From IMG/VR virus record IMGVR_UViG_3300024496_000012: a stretch of DNA of 64,000 nucleotides; one strand, 5' to 3'. Shown piece by piece: positions 1-8,988 of this stretch; positions within the stretch are counted from its first letter, which is position 1, and each line of letters begins with the position of its first letter. Source of the DNA: a virus. The position numbers and the translations under genes were made by a program. Under the pieces are notes generated by a model. That model made no database searches, was not told the DNA's origin, and worked only from the letters and a program-made list of their open reading frames with translations.

Positions 1-2
1 TC

Positions 3-530
3 AAAACAAACTTCCAGGCCGCAGCCAGCGAAATAACAGCACTACAAAGCAAGTCTGTGTTAAACTCTGCACTAGGAGGCACAACGCCAGCAACAAACGA
101 TCTAGGGTTTTCCTACATCACTAAAGCTATGTTGCAGAATAATAGAAATGTTGTTTGGGATTTTAGTAACCCTCTAACAGCTACACCCCAATCGATCGAT
201 TACATCCAAGGAAACTATCAGGTTATTAGACTCGGCGCGGATATTACTTTTACCTTTAGCTCGTTTCCAGGTGACCCAGGACTATCCGATACCGCCGGTG
301 GTATGGGCAAAGTTACCTTAGAACTCTACAGCGATGGATCGGCAAGGACAGCTACATTCCAAACTTCAGGAATAGCAGTTATTAAGGCCAATGGGTTTCC
401 TCTTTCTAAGATCGGAAACAGCCAACAGCCAGTCGCTCTACCAACATCTACATCTACAGCAACTATCGTAGAAATTTGGCGTAGGAGAGAGTCCGAGTTC
501 TTCATGAGATACGTGGGCCAATTCAGTTAA
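3..530 (+). CDS. Probable virion structural protein, C-terminal part (5' truncated by window edge)
   Basis: Frame stays open upstream of the track start (57) to position 3 (KTNFQAAASEITALQSKS...); T/S/G/N-rich composition. Confidence 0.6.
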   Translation, partial: KTNFQAAASEITALQSKSVLNSALGGTTPATNDLGFSYITKAMLQNNRNVVWDFSNPLTATPQSIDYIQGNYQVIRLGADITFTFSSFPGDPGLSDTAGGMGKVTLELYSDGSARTATFQTSGIAVIKANGFPLSKIGNSQQPVALPTSTSTATIVEIWRRRESEFFMRYVGQFS

Positions 531-760
531 TGTTCCATCCTCTTTCAAAAGATCTTTCAGAGCTCAAAGATCAAGAAATCGAAGACAAGGTCATAGAGCT
601 CAATAAAAAATACTATGCTGCGGCACGGTTAGGTAAACTTGAACTCTTGACACAGATCGCTACTTTTGTTACAATATATAAAGATGAGCTCGCTCTTAGA
701 TATGCACGTAACAAACAACAACTTGATGGCGATTTGGATCAACTGATCAATGTGGACTGA
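530..760 (+). CDS. Hypothetical protein (76 aa)
   Basis: ORF coupled by TAATG overlap to upstream gene. Confidence 0.7.
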   Translation: MFHPLSKDLSELKDQEIEDKVIELNKKYYAAARLGKLELLTQIATFVTIYKDELALRYARNKQQLDGDLDQLINVD

Positions 761-1217
761 AAATAACACCCAAGAACAACTTATCAAAGGAATCATGAAA
801 TATGGTCCAGATATTCTGGAACATTGCTATTGCTCCGATGATCTGAATCAATACCTTTCTCGTCTACAATCCGAGTATCTAGATTATCCAATCCCTCCAA
901 AAACTATAGACACAGGTCATTGGTTTATACCCAAAGACTATTGTCCAAATCTAGTGGAAATGTTGTATGGAATGTGTGAAACCGAAGAACAGCGGAATAG
1001 AGTAAGCCAAGAACTAGAACTGTTTATCAAGAACGGAATGTATGATATACTTCATGTCATAAAATATATAGTAGATACTTTAAGAGAAAACAACATTGTT
1101 TGGGGTGTAGGACGAGGTAGTTCCGTGGCCAGTTATGTACTCTATTTGATAGGGATACATAAGATAGATAGTATTAAATACAACTTACCAATAGAAGAGT
1201 TCTTTAAGGGGGTATAA
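750..1217 (+). CDS. Stand-alone fragment of DNA polymerase III alpha (DnaE-like)
   Basis: GVGRGSSVASYVLYLIGIHKIDSIKYNLPIEEFFK matches the DnaE GxGRGSxAGSLVxYxLGITxIDP...FERF segment; ends before the PDxDxD catalytic motif. Confidence 0.8.
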   Translation: MWTENNTQEQLIKGIMKYGPDILEHCYCSDDLNQYLSRLQSEYLDYPIPPKTIDTGHWFIPKDYCPNLVEMLYGMCETEEQRNRVSQELELFIKNGMYDILHVIKYIVDTLRENNIVWGVGRGSSVASYVLYLIGIHKIDSIKYNLPIEEFFKGV

Positions 1218-1319
1218 ATGTCTAAACGAAGAAGTCCAAAAAGTGTTGCAAGCAGAAATGCAAAAAGAATTCTTGCGGGTCGCAAGACTCCAAAAACAAA
1301 TCTCAAAAGGAGAAAATAA
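1218..1319 (+). CDS. Small highly basic peptide, 33 aa (not in ORF track)
   Basis: MSKRRSPKSVASRNAKRILAGRKTPKTNLKRRK; ATG directly follows upstream TAA and its TAA overlaps the next ATG, filling the gap exactly. Confidence 0.7.
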   Translation: MSKRRSPKSVASRNAKRILAGRKTPKTNLKRRK

Positions 1320-1543
1320 TGGGTAAAACTTATACCAGTATCAGAGGTTCAGAAATCGACATGGAGAAACTATCTCTCCAGAACGAAACTGTACCTGCTG
1401 TAGGAAATGCCAAGGTTAATGCTCGAGGCGATGAACTAGGACCCGGGGGCAAAGTTGTACGCACCCGCGAACAGGTTCTACAGGATTATTATGCCAATAA
1501 TCAAAAATCTGTAGACGAGAAATCTATTAGCAGAAGGGCCTAA
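1319..1543 (+). CDS. Hypothetical protein (74 aa)
   Basis: AAGGAG SD upstream; coupled ORF. Confidence 0.7.
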   Translation: MGKTYTSIRGSEIDMEKLSLQNETVPAVGNAKVNARGDELGPGGKVVRTREQVLQDYYANNQKSVDEKSISRRA

Positions 1544-1544
1544 T

Positions 1545-1946
1545 ATGAGTGGCGCATTCGGCGTTAAGAACATAAAAGTACGTCCATTACCAAAAGACAT
1601 ATTAGTCATTAATATGGATATGGGAGAGATGAAAACCGCAGGTGGTCTTATCATCCAAAGTGATGACGGTAAGGCACACGGTGTTAAACCTCGTTGGGCT
1701 CAGGTCTACAAGAAAGGCGATAAGGTCGACCTTGATGTAGAAGTGGGACAATGGATTCTTATCGAGCACGGTCGATGGACTCGAAAGATTAAGATCGATG
1801 ACGGCGAGGGTGTTAAAGAGTTTCAGAAAGTTGAAGTTGACAGCATCATCGCTGTTGCCAACGAACGTCCAAATGATTTTTATATCGGACAAGAGTTTGG
1901 ACACGGATCCACTGCGACTATACGTCCAGAAGACTTTATTAGGTAA
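1545..1946 (+). CDS. groES: Co-chaperonin GroES (Cpn10) family protein
   Basis: VRPLPKDILV start, TAGGLII mobile loop, VEVGQWILI motif. Confidence 0.8.
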   Translation: MSGAFGVKNIKVRPLPKDILVINMDMGEMKTAGGLIIQSDDGKAHGVKPRWAQVYKKGDKVDLDVEVGQWILIEHGRWTRKIKIDDGEGVKEFQKVEVDSIIAVANERPNDFYIGQEFGHGSTATIRPEDFIR

Positions 1947-2185
1947 TGGGTTTCAAAAAATCTTGGGATGTAGCTGACATATCTAGTCAGTTACATTCTC
2001 TCGCAAGAGAATGCGCCAGTCCATATAATGATGGTTTTGCCGCTTTTGAATGTAAAAAAGAACTCTATCTAATCAAGCACATAGTAGACCAAGCACTCAA
2101 TGATGCTCCAGATTTTGGACAACAAGAGCAGACTTGGTTGACAGAACAAGAAAAAAAGCGTATAATAAAGATACTAAAATCATAA
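1946..2185 (+). CDS. Hypothetical protein (79 aa)
   Basis: Coupled ORF in operon. Confidence 0.65.
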   Translation: MGFKKSWDVADISSQLHSLARECASPYNDGFAAFECKKELYLIKHIVDQALNDAPDFGQQEQTWLTEQEKKRIIKILKS

Positions 2186-2194
2186 TAGAAAGGT

Positions 2195-2995
2195 TTGATT
2201 TTGCGTATCGGTATCATAGGTTTTGGACATGTTGGTGGTGCCATTACATGGGCACACCGCAGTCAAGACCTCATTATTAGAGATCCAAAACTAGAAAATA
2301 GCGCCAGCATGGACCAGTTTAATACCTGCGATGCGGTCTATGTCTGTGTGCCTACACCTAGCACTGATGATGGTCACTGTGACTCGACTATTCTAGAACA
2401 GACTCTCAAAGAACTATTGTTTGTTACTATCAACAAACAAATCCCTATCATTTGTAAATCTACTGCTCCGCCTAGTGTATACGAAAAGTTGTGGAAACAA
2501 TATCCTAATATCGTACACTGCCCAGAGTTTATTACTGCGGCTGATGCAAACACTGACTACCAAAATAGCGACTACTTTGTATTAGGTGGCGGTAAGGCAT
2601 GGTGCGAGCAAGCACGTGAGATTATACGAACAGGTGTTCCGTTAGTTCATGAAAAGTTTTTGATCACAGATATCAAGACCGCTGCCATGTATAAGTACAT
2701 GATGAATACATATTTGGCTACCAAGGTAACTTTTATGAACGAGTTTTATAAGTTATCTCAAGCATCTGATATCGATTTTAATCAACTCAAAGAGTTGACA
2801 ATCTGGGATGACCGAATAGGTCGTACACACCTAGATGTTCCTGGGCCCGACGGTGAGTTTGGCTGGGGAGGAATGTGCTTTCCTAAAGACATAGCTGCCA
2901 TACAAGAAGAAGCTATTGATCTAGGTGTAGACATGGAACTACTCGGCAGAGTAGAAGATATCAATAAAAAACATAGGAAAATAACCAATGACTAA
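2195..2995 (+). CDS. UDP-glucose/GDP-mannose 6-dehydrogenase family, short form lacking C-terminal domain
   Basis: GIIGFGHVG Rossmann motif, VCVPTP, KSTAPP, CPEF, FGWGGMCFPKD catalytic Cys motif. Confidence 0.85.
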   Translation: MILRIGIIGFGHVGGAITWAHRSQDLIIRDPKLENSASMDQFNTCDAVYVCVPTPSTDDGHCDSTILEQTLKELLFVTINKQIPIICKSTAPPSVYEKLWKQYPNIVHCPEFITAADANTDYQNSDYFVLGGGKAWCEQAREIIRTGVPLVHEKFLITDIKTAAMYKYMMNTYLATKVTFMNEFYKLSQASDIDFNQLKELTIWDDRIGRTHLDVPGPDGEFGWGGMCFPKDIAAIQEEAIDLGVDMELLGRVEDINKKHRKITND

Positions 2996-3359
2996 TCCAT
3001 TTCGTGATCAAGAAAAGTTTATGCGGGCCTGTGATCAGACTGTAGATACCTGGAACGTTGATCAGTTCAATCTTTACGTTAAGCTCATAGAAGAAGAATG
3101 GAAAGAGCTTAATGTCGCGATCGATAATGTTGATAAAGTAGAAGTAGCAGATGCGCTAGTTGACATTCTAGTCGTTACTATCGGCGCTCTACACAGCATG
3201 GGCGCCGATGCAGAAGGTGCTTGGAAAGAAGTCATGCGTACTAACTTTGCTAAGATCGATTCTGAAACTGGTAAAGTACGCAAGCGTGAGGACGGCAAAG
3301 TACTTAAACCTCTGGGCTGGACTCCTCCCGATCTCAAACCTTTTGTAAAGACGTCATGA
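2988..3359 (+). CDS. MazG-like/PRA-PH NTP pyrophosphohydrolase
   Basis: LIEEEWKEL...EVADALVDILVV...EVMRTNFAK...DGKVLKP pattern. Confidence 0.8.
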   Translation: MTNPFRDQEKFMRACDQTVDTWNVDQFNLYVKLIEEEWKELNVAIDNVDKVEVADALVDILVVTIGALHSMGADAEGAWKEVMRTNFAKIDSETGKVRKREDGKVLKPLGWTPPDLKPFVKTS

Positions 3360-4132
3360 GATTATGGATTTTACTATTCTTAATATTAACTAATCTAGCT
3401 CATGCAGAAAACGCTACCTATTATGTCTTTAATCAAACGGACAAAAAGGTAGTACATTCGTACAATGCTAGTTTAAAAAGACCCATAGCATCAGTGTCTA
3501 AACTAATGACGGCACTGGTCGTCGTTGAATCATCACCTAACTGGGATGAGAAAATAAAATATAAGGGTCATATATTTTTTAACAAACAGATTAGCAAGAG
3601 AGAACTATTTGAATCTCTCTTGATACGTAGCGACAATAAAGCCGCAGATGCATTTGCAGACGCATGGCCCGGAGGGTATAATGCGTTTATTAAAGTAATG
3701 AACGAAACAGCTTCTCGACTAGGCATGACTGAAACTTATTTCGATGATCCTAGCGGTCTAAGTAGAAATAATGTCAGCACCGCAGAAGACCTGAACAGGC
3801 TGATAGCCGAAGCTTCAAAGTATGATATCATAAGACATACTTCAAGTTCTAAATATCTCAAGATTGAAGAAAAGATTGGGAAGAAAGTTAAATCGGTATT
3901 ATTAAACAATACCAATAAAGGTCTTCTTTTCGAGTTTGATCAAATCATATTGAGCAAAACTGGTTTTACGAATCCTGCTGGTCGATGTCTAGCCCTTCTA
4001 ACAGAGAAGAACGGCAAGCGATATGCTATTGTGATTCTTGGAGAAAAAACTCCCAGGGAACGAGAAGAACGGGCTAGACAACTGATCAATAACTATGTTA
4101 CAATACAACAAGTTGAAAAGGATTTTGAATGA
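3356..4132 (+). CDS. Peptidase S11 D-Ala-D-Ala carboxy/endopeptidase (PBP7-like), exported
   Basis: Signal peptide; SVSK (SxxK), SDN (SxN), KTG motifs. Confidence 0.88.
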   Translation: MRLWILLFLILTNLAHAENATYYVFNQTDKKVVHSYNASLKRPIASVSKLMTALVVVESSPNWDEKIKYKGHIFFNKQISKRELFESLLIRSDNKAADAFADAWPGGYNAFIKVMNETASRLGMTETYFDDPSGLSRNNVSTAEDLNRLIAEASKYDIIRHTSSSKYLKIEEKIGKKVKSVLLNNTNKGLLFEFDQIILSKTGFTNPAGRCLALLTEKNGKRYAIVILGEKTPREREERARQLINNYVTIQQVEKDFE

Positions 4133-4563
4133 AAATCGGTTTTACTTGTAGTACCTTCGATCTGTTTCATGCAGGTCATATCATGATGCTTAAAGAAGCA
4201 AAAACAGTCTGTGATCATTTAATCGTAGGATTACAAACAGATCCTACTATTGATCGTCCGGACACCAAAAATAAACCTGTTCAAAGCGTGTTCGAACGAT
4301 ACGAACAGCTCAAAGCCTGCAAATATATTGACGAAATCCTAGTCTACGAAACCGAAGCTGATCTTGTAAACATCTTGCTTTCTTATCCTATAAATGTTAG
4401 AATACTAGGACAAGAATACGAAGATAGAGACTTCACCGGTAGATATGAATGTATTAATCGTGGTATAGAATTTTATTTTAACAAACGTGAACATAACTTT
4501 TCGACTAGCGAACTACGCAGCCGTGTGATAGCCGCTGAAGTAGAAAAAGGACTAAGACAATGA
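4129..4563 (+). CDS. Cytidylyltransferase, glycerol-3-phosphate cytidylyltransferase (TagD)-like
   Basis: FDLFHAGH (HIGH-type) motif; RxxxxSTS-like REHNFSTSEL. Confidence 0.85.
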   Translation: MKIGFTCSTFDLFHAGHIMMLKEAKTVCDHLIVGLQTDPTIDRPDTKNKPVQSVFERYEQLKACKYIDEILVYETEADLVNILLSYPINVRILGQEYEDRDFTGRYECINRGIEFYFNKREHNFSTSELRSRVIAAEVEKGLRQ

Positions 4564-5474
4564 AAGAACTATGGGTTGAGAAGTACCGTCCTAAAAAGAT
4601 GGACGGATATGTGTGGCGAGACAATGCGCAACGCAGACAGGTTGAGACTTGGGTCAAGGAAAAAAGTATTCCACACTTACTTCTAAGCGGTCCTCCAGGT
4701 ATCGGTAAGACTACCATGGCCAAGATGCTGGTTAATGAGATCGGTATCGAAGATGCCGATGTATTAGAAGTTAACGCCAGTCGAGAAACTGGTATCGATT
4801 TTATCCGTAATAAAATCGTTCCGTTTATCAGTAGCATTGCGTGGGGGCCATTTAAGGTTGTATTACTCGACGAAGCAGATCGGTTAAGTCCACATGCACA
4901 GGATTCACTTAAAGGTATCATCGAAGAATATAGCAACTTTGCTAGATTTATCCTAACCTGCAATAATCCTAATATGGTAGTACCAGCACTACATAGTCGC
5001 TGCCAGCAGTGGCATTTTACTAAACTAGATCAGACAGAGTTTACTGCTCGCGCAGCCACTGTTCTAGTTGAAGAAGCGATTGATTTTGATCTAGAAACAT
5101 TAGACTTATATGTCTCAACAACATATCCTGATCTCCGCAAATGTTTGAATCTTCTTCAACAGAACTGTAGCGAGGGCAAACTACACAGTCCTGCCAAAGA
5201 AGATGCTGGATCGCTCGAATGGAAGTTTGAGATGGTTGAACTTTTCAAGGCTAAAAAGATCACCGAAGCAAGAAAACTGCTCTGCGGAAAACTACAAGCA
5301 GATGAGATGGTGCATGTTTACAGATGGCTTTATGATAATCTAGAGCTGTTCGGTGATGAAAAAACACAAGACAGAGCTATTTTCATCATCAAGGCAGGAC
5401 TTGTGGATCACACATCATGCATCGATCCAGAGATTAATCTTAGCGCAACATTAGCAAAGCTGGCTAATCTGTGA
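4560..5474 (+). CDS. Clamp loader AAA+ subunit (T4 gp44/RFC small subunit-like)
   Basis: LWVEKYRP, Walker A GPPGIGKT, LDEAD, SRC motif. Confidence 0.92.
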   Translation: MKELWVEKYRPKKMDGYVWRDNAQRRQVETWVKEKSIPHLLLSGPPGIGKTTMAKMLVNEIGIEDADVLEVNASRETGIDFIRNKIVPFISSIAWGPFKVVLLDEADRLSPHAQDSLKGIIEEYSNFARFILTCNNPNMVVPALHSRCQQWHFTKLDQTEFTARAATVLVEEAIDFDLETLDLYVSTTYPDLRKCLNLLQQNCSEGKLHSPAKEDAGSLEWKFEMVELFKAKKITEARKLLCGKLQADEMVHVYRWLYDNLELFGDEKTQDRAIFIIKAGLVDHTSCIDPEINLSATLAKLANL

Positions 5475-5494
5475 TAGGGGGTTACCCCCCTATC
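5473..5494. terminator. Probable bidirectional terminator between convergent clamp loader and phoH
   Basis: GATAGGGGG-ttac-CCCCCTATC perfect 9-bp hairpin. Confidence 0.7.
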
Positions 5495-6214
5495 TTATTG
5501 ATCACCGTATATCGCTAGTATCTCCTTTACAGCTTCATGTCTCTCGACATCAGAGATAGTGAAATGACATACGTCTACGTATCTGTGATTGTCGAAGTTA
5601 TTATACAGATTTAAAAACTCTAAAAGGCCGTTATTACTGGGTCGATCTGCTTGTTGTAGATCTCCTGTAACGACCATTCTTGACCCCTGACCTAACCTAG
5701 TTAACAGCATCTTCATCTGACTAGGTGTAGCATTCTGCATCTCATCAGCAATGATCACAGCGTTCTTAAATGTACGTCCTCGCATGTACGCTAGTGGACT
5801 TGTTTCAATCACCCCCTCTCTAACAAATCCTTCGATTTCGCGTTGATTAAAGTTTTCTGCGAAAACATCCATTATAGGCTTAGTCCACGGCTCCATTTTT
5901 TCTTGTAGGGTGCCTGGTAAAAACCCATGCTCTTCATCTACTGATACAGCTGGTCTTGTAATAATAATCTTATCAACTTCACCGTATTTGAGCTGGTCTA
6001 TAGCCCATTGCACAGCCAACATGGTCTTACCCGTTCCGGCTGGACCGATAGCAAAAACAATAATTTTTTGTTGATCGTTGAGCTTTAAAAGATAAGTCTC
6101 TTGACTGAGGTTTTTGGGGTATATTTGAACTCGCTTGCGTTTCTGTTCAATGCGTTGATTGATGTTTATTACATTCTCTTGCAGATATGCTGCTTGCGCT
6201 CTTTTTCGCTTCAT
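5495..6214 (-). CDS. phoH: PhoH-like ATPase
   Basis: GPAGTGKT, ITRPAV, GFLPG, YMRGRTF, DEMQN, VTGDLQQ motifs; start moved to ATG 6214 with GGAGG SD (track start 6343). Confidence 0.92.
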   Translation of the reverse strand: MKRKRAQAAYLQENVININQRIEQKRKRVQIYPKNLSQETYLLKLNDQQKIIVFAIGPAGTGKTMLAVQWAIDQLKYGEVDKIIITRPAVSVDEEHGFLPGTLQEKMEPWTKPIMDVFAENFNQREIEGFVREGVIETSPLAYMRGRTFKNAVIIADEMQNATPSQMKMLLTRLGQGSRMVVTGDLQQADRPSNNGLLEFLNLYNNFDNHRYVDVCHFTISDVERHEAVKEILAIYGDQ

Positions 6215-6235
6215 ATGTAGGTTAGCCCTCCTTGA

Positions 6236-6281
6236 TTGTGTTAGGCACGGACCTAGACCGTAGTGCCCGTACCGGACACAA
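6236..6281 (-). promoter_or_regulatory. GC-rich structured 5' leader of phoH (candidate cis-regulatory RNA)
   Basis: Nested inverted repeats TTGTGT/ACACAA, GGCAC/GTGCC, CGG/CCG. Confidence 0.4.
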
Positions 6282-6284
6282 AAG

Positions 6285-6340
6285 TATTTAACTTTGGGCG
6301 TAGAAAGTAATATGTAATGATTCTTTTTTGACGATAAATA
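6285..6340. promoter_or_regulatory. Back-to-back TAAATA (T4 late-like) promoters for phoH and the 6355 gene
   Basis: TAAATA on minus strand 6285-6290 and on plus strand 6335-6340. Confidence 0.55.
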
Positions 6341-6354
6341 CAAAAGGAGATACT

Positions 6355-6903
6355 ATGGCTACAACTAAAGACATTTTAAAGAACATTGAACAGGTTTACG
6401 GCTCCAATAATAGCTTGAATTTACTCAAAGATTTCGAGCGTGTTATTGATGAGCTAGATACCTATGTTTATGAAAACTGGCTCGACGGAGAGCTTGTACA
6501 GGGTCCTAAAGAATCACGCTATTTTGTAGAGTGTACTTTTATGTGGCCAAAAGATAATATGCCCGAACCCAAGGGTGGTATGAAACTCCTAGAATACGGA
6601 TGCAAGGTACAATATGCTGAAAGCATGATTTCGTCCGTTCGCAGAATCAAGAAACCGGATGACATCAGACCGGGCACCAAGAAAGGCAAGATAGATCATA
6701 AACCTGTATGGTTGGTCAAGATCACTATGCCCAAGAAACTAATGCACGACATCGATCGCGGATACACAGAACTAGATAAGAATAAGATAGAAGACATCCT
6801 TACACAAGGTGGTGGTGTGAATGCACATATCGATCCAGCAGATCAACAAGCACAGGAGATGGCTAATGCGACAGCAGCACCAGCAGCAGCACCAGCAGCT
6901 TAA
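6355..6903 (+). CDS. Hypothetical protein
   Basis: AAGGAG SD before ATG 6355; Ala/Pro-rich tail. Confidence 0.75.
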   Translation: MATTKDILKNIEQVYGSNNSLNLLKDFERVIDELDTYVYENWLDGELVQGPKESRYFVECTFMWPKDNMPEPKGGMKLLEYGCKVQYAESMISSVRRIKKPDDIRPGTKKGKIDHKPVWLVKITMPKKLMHDIDRGYTELDKNKIEDILTQGGGVNAHIDPADQQAQEMANATAAPAAAPAA

Positions 6904-7627
6904 TGAAGGCCTAAGAGCTGAAGACCTAAAAGAAATGGTCAAGGAAACCTTCAAGGTTGATACCTATGCCTCGAAGATGGGCGAAGATAAAGATGTTTGC
7001 GTTTTAACTTTTGAAGTTAAAGATCGTTCACCTGCTAAAGATCTAATGGAGTTTGTAGAAAAAGGATTTTCATTTGTTCTCGACTCTGATGTTAGCTCGG
7101 GCGAGAATGAAGATGGAACCTACTATGTATTCGTAGAACTTTCTAGATCTCCCAAACTAGCAGAAAATATCGACGAGCTTGTTTATAGTGTTAAGAAACT
7201 AACAGGCATTGATAAATTTAAATTCCAATATTATAAAGATAATACCGAACACGAAGTAACAGAAGAAACACTAAAACATATAATCCCAGAGTCTGCATCA
7301 ACTTATGAAATGATGGTCAACAAAGTAAAGACCGAAGATGTTCGCAGATTCTTTACTAAGACTTTGATGGATGACCTAACATTAGATGGTGACATCATTA
7401 CTATCCACAAACCATGGGATCAAAAAATACAACTTCGTATGGTCAAGGACGGTGACCCTGAAGCAGTTCTAGAAGGTATCACAGATCCATTTACTATAGA
7501 TCAAGAATCCACAAGCGAGATTTTTTGGCTTACTAAAGTATTAGGGGATTACAATATTAACAAAGTTGGAGACAGCTTTGTTTTTGAAAATGGCCGTAGA
7601 GCCATGTTACTGCAAAGGATAAAATAA
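6866..7627 (+). CDS. Hypothetical protein, possible head protein
   Basis: Likely start ATG 6866 (MRQQHQQQHQQLNEGL); overlaps upstream gene by 38 nt. Confidence 0.7.
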   Translation: MRQQHQQQHQQLNEGLRAEDLKEMVKETFKVDTYASKMGEDKDVCVLTFEVKDRSPAKDLMEFVEKGFSFVLDSDVSSGENEDGTYYVFVELSRSPKLAENIDELVYSVKKLTGIDKFKFQYYKDNTEHEVTEETLKHIIPESASTYEMMVNKVKTEDVRRFFTKTLMDDLTLDGDIITIHKPWDQKIQLRMVKDGDPEAVLEGITDPFTIDQESTSEIFWLTKVLGDYNINKVGDSFVFENGRRAMLLQRIK

Positions 7628-8256
7628 TGAGCGACTTTGATTTTGATTTTACACTAGCTAAGTTCAAGGAATGTGTAGGAAATCCTCCATACGCAGATCA
7701 TTGGCACGAAGCATTGTGTCAGATACTTCCAGACTACGATATTAACACTGTGCCACGTGTGGCTGCTTTTCTAGCACAGACAGCACACGAGAGCGGCGGG
7801 TATCGTGCTATCAAGGAAAATCTAAACTACAAAGCAGAAAGCCTAGTTAAAGTTTGGCCACGCTATTTCCCAAGTTTAGATATTGCCAAGCAATATGCTC
7901 ACAACCAACAGGCAATCGCTAATCGTGCTTATGCTAATCGTATGGGCAACGGTGACGAAGCAAGTGGTGACGGTTGGAAGTTCTGCGGTCGTGGCTTGAT
8001 CCAGTTGACTGGTAAAACAAACTATCAACGTTACGCTGAAAGTCTAGAGATTAGTCTAGACGAAGCCAGCGAACACCTAACAACATTTGAAGGTTGTGTA
8101 CAGAGCGCGGCTTGGTTCTGGGAAGCAAACAACCTAAACCAATATGCCGACAACGGTGACATCCTTACAATGACCAAGCGTATTAATGGTGGTACACTCG
8201 GACTAGAAGACAGAACTAAGCATTACAAACACGCACTTCAAGTCCTAGGCGGTTGA
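7627..8256 (+). CDS. Glycoside hydrolase family 19 endolysin
   Basis: FLAQTAHESGG, ENLNY, GRGLIQLTGKTNY, TKRINGG. Confidence 0.93.
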   Translation: MSDFDFDFTLAKFKECVGNPPYADHWHEALCQILPDYDINTVPRVAAFLAQTAHESGGYRAIKENLNYKAESLVKVWPRYFPSLDIAKQYAHNQQAIANRAYANRMGNGDEASGDGWKFCGRGLIQLTGKTNYQRYAESLEISLDEASEHLTTFEGCVQSAAWFWEANNLNQYADNGDILTMTKRINGGTLGLEDRTKHYKHALQVLGG

Positions 8257-8257
8257 T

Positions 8258-8722
8258 ATGTGGCAGTTCCAATGGATGCTGAGCCTTATACCAGATAGTC
8301 TGTTTATCTGGGTCACCTATGCTATGATAGGTGTGGGTCTAGCATTGTATATTGCCAGTAAACTAGTAGCTTGGATTCCTCTCATGGGGCAATACAAGCT
8401 ACCTGCAGAAATAGTCGGAATAATCTTTTTATTAGGTGGCGGATATCTATTCGGTGGGTATGGAGTAGAAATGAGCTACCGAGCTCGCATAGCAGAGATG
8501 CAATCTAAGATTGACGAGGCTGTACAAAAAAGCGAAGCTGCTAATGAAGAACTAGACAAAGCACTAAAAGCAAAAAAGAATAACAACAGAGAAGTACAGA
8601 TCGTTATCCAAGAAAGAATAAGAGAAGTTGAAAAGCGCATCGATGCAGAATGCAAAGTAGATCCAGAAGCGATCAGTATTCTAAACGATGCTGCCAGCAA
8701 CCAAGGAGGTAAGAAAAAATGA
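8258..8722 (+). CDS. Probable inner-membrane spanin (Rz-like)
   Basis: N-terminal TM helices then coiled coil; follows endolysin. Confidence 0.65.
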   Translation: MWQFQWMLSLIPDSLFIWVTYAMIGVGLALYIASKLVAWIPLMGQYKLPAEIVGIIFLLGGGYLFGGYGVEMSYRARIAEMQSKIDEAVQKSEAANEELDKALKAKKNNNREVQIVIQERIREVEKRIDAECKVDPEAISILNDAASNQGGKKK

Positions 8723-8988
8723 AAAAGATATTTTTAATACTTCCTATGTTATTTTTAACAGGTTGTGCAACCACTGTTCCTGTACACATGAGCTTTCCAC
8801 AGGTCCCAGAAGACCTGATGCAGCCCTGTCCTGATCTTAAAAAAGTTGACACCAAAACAGACAAACTCAGTGATGTCTTATCTACTGTCACGCAGAACTA
8901 CGGTCAGTACCACGATTGTAAAGCCAAGTCAGATGCGTGGGCACAATGGTTCAGAACACAGAAGAAGATATTTGAGGATATCAAATGA
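8719..8988 (+). CDS. Probable outer-membrane spanin lipoprotein (Rz1-like)
   Basis: Lipobox LTGC, Pro-rich segment (FPQVPEDLMQPCP). Confidence 0.7.
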   Translation: MKKIFLILPMLFLTGCATTVPVHMSFPQVPEDLMQPCPDLKKVDTKTDKLSDVLSTVTQNYGQYHDCKAKSDAWAQWFRTQKKIFEDIK

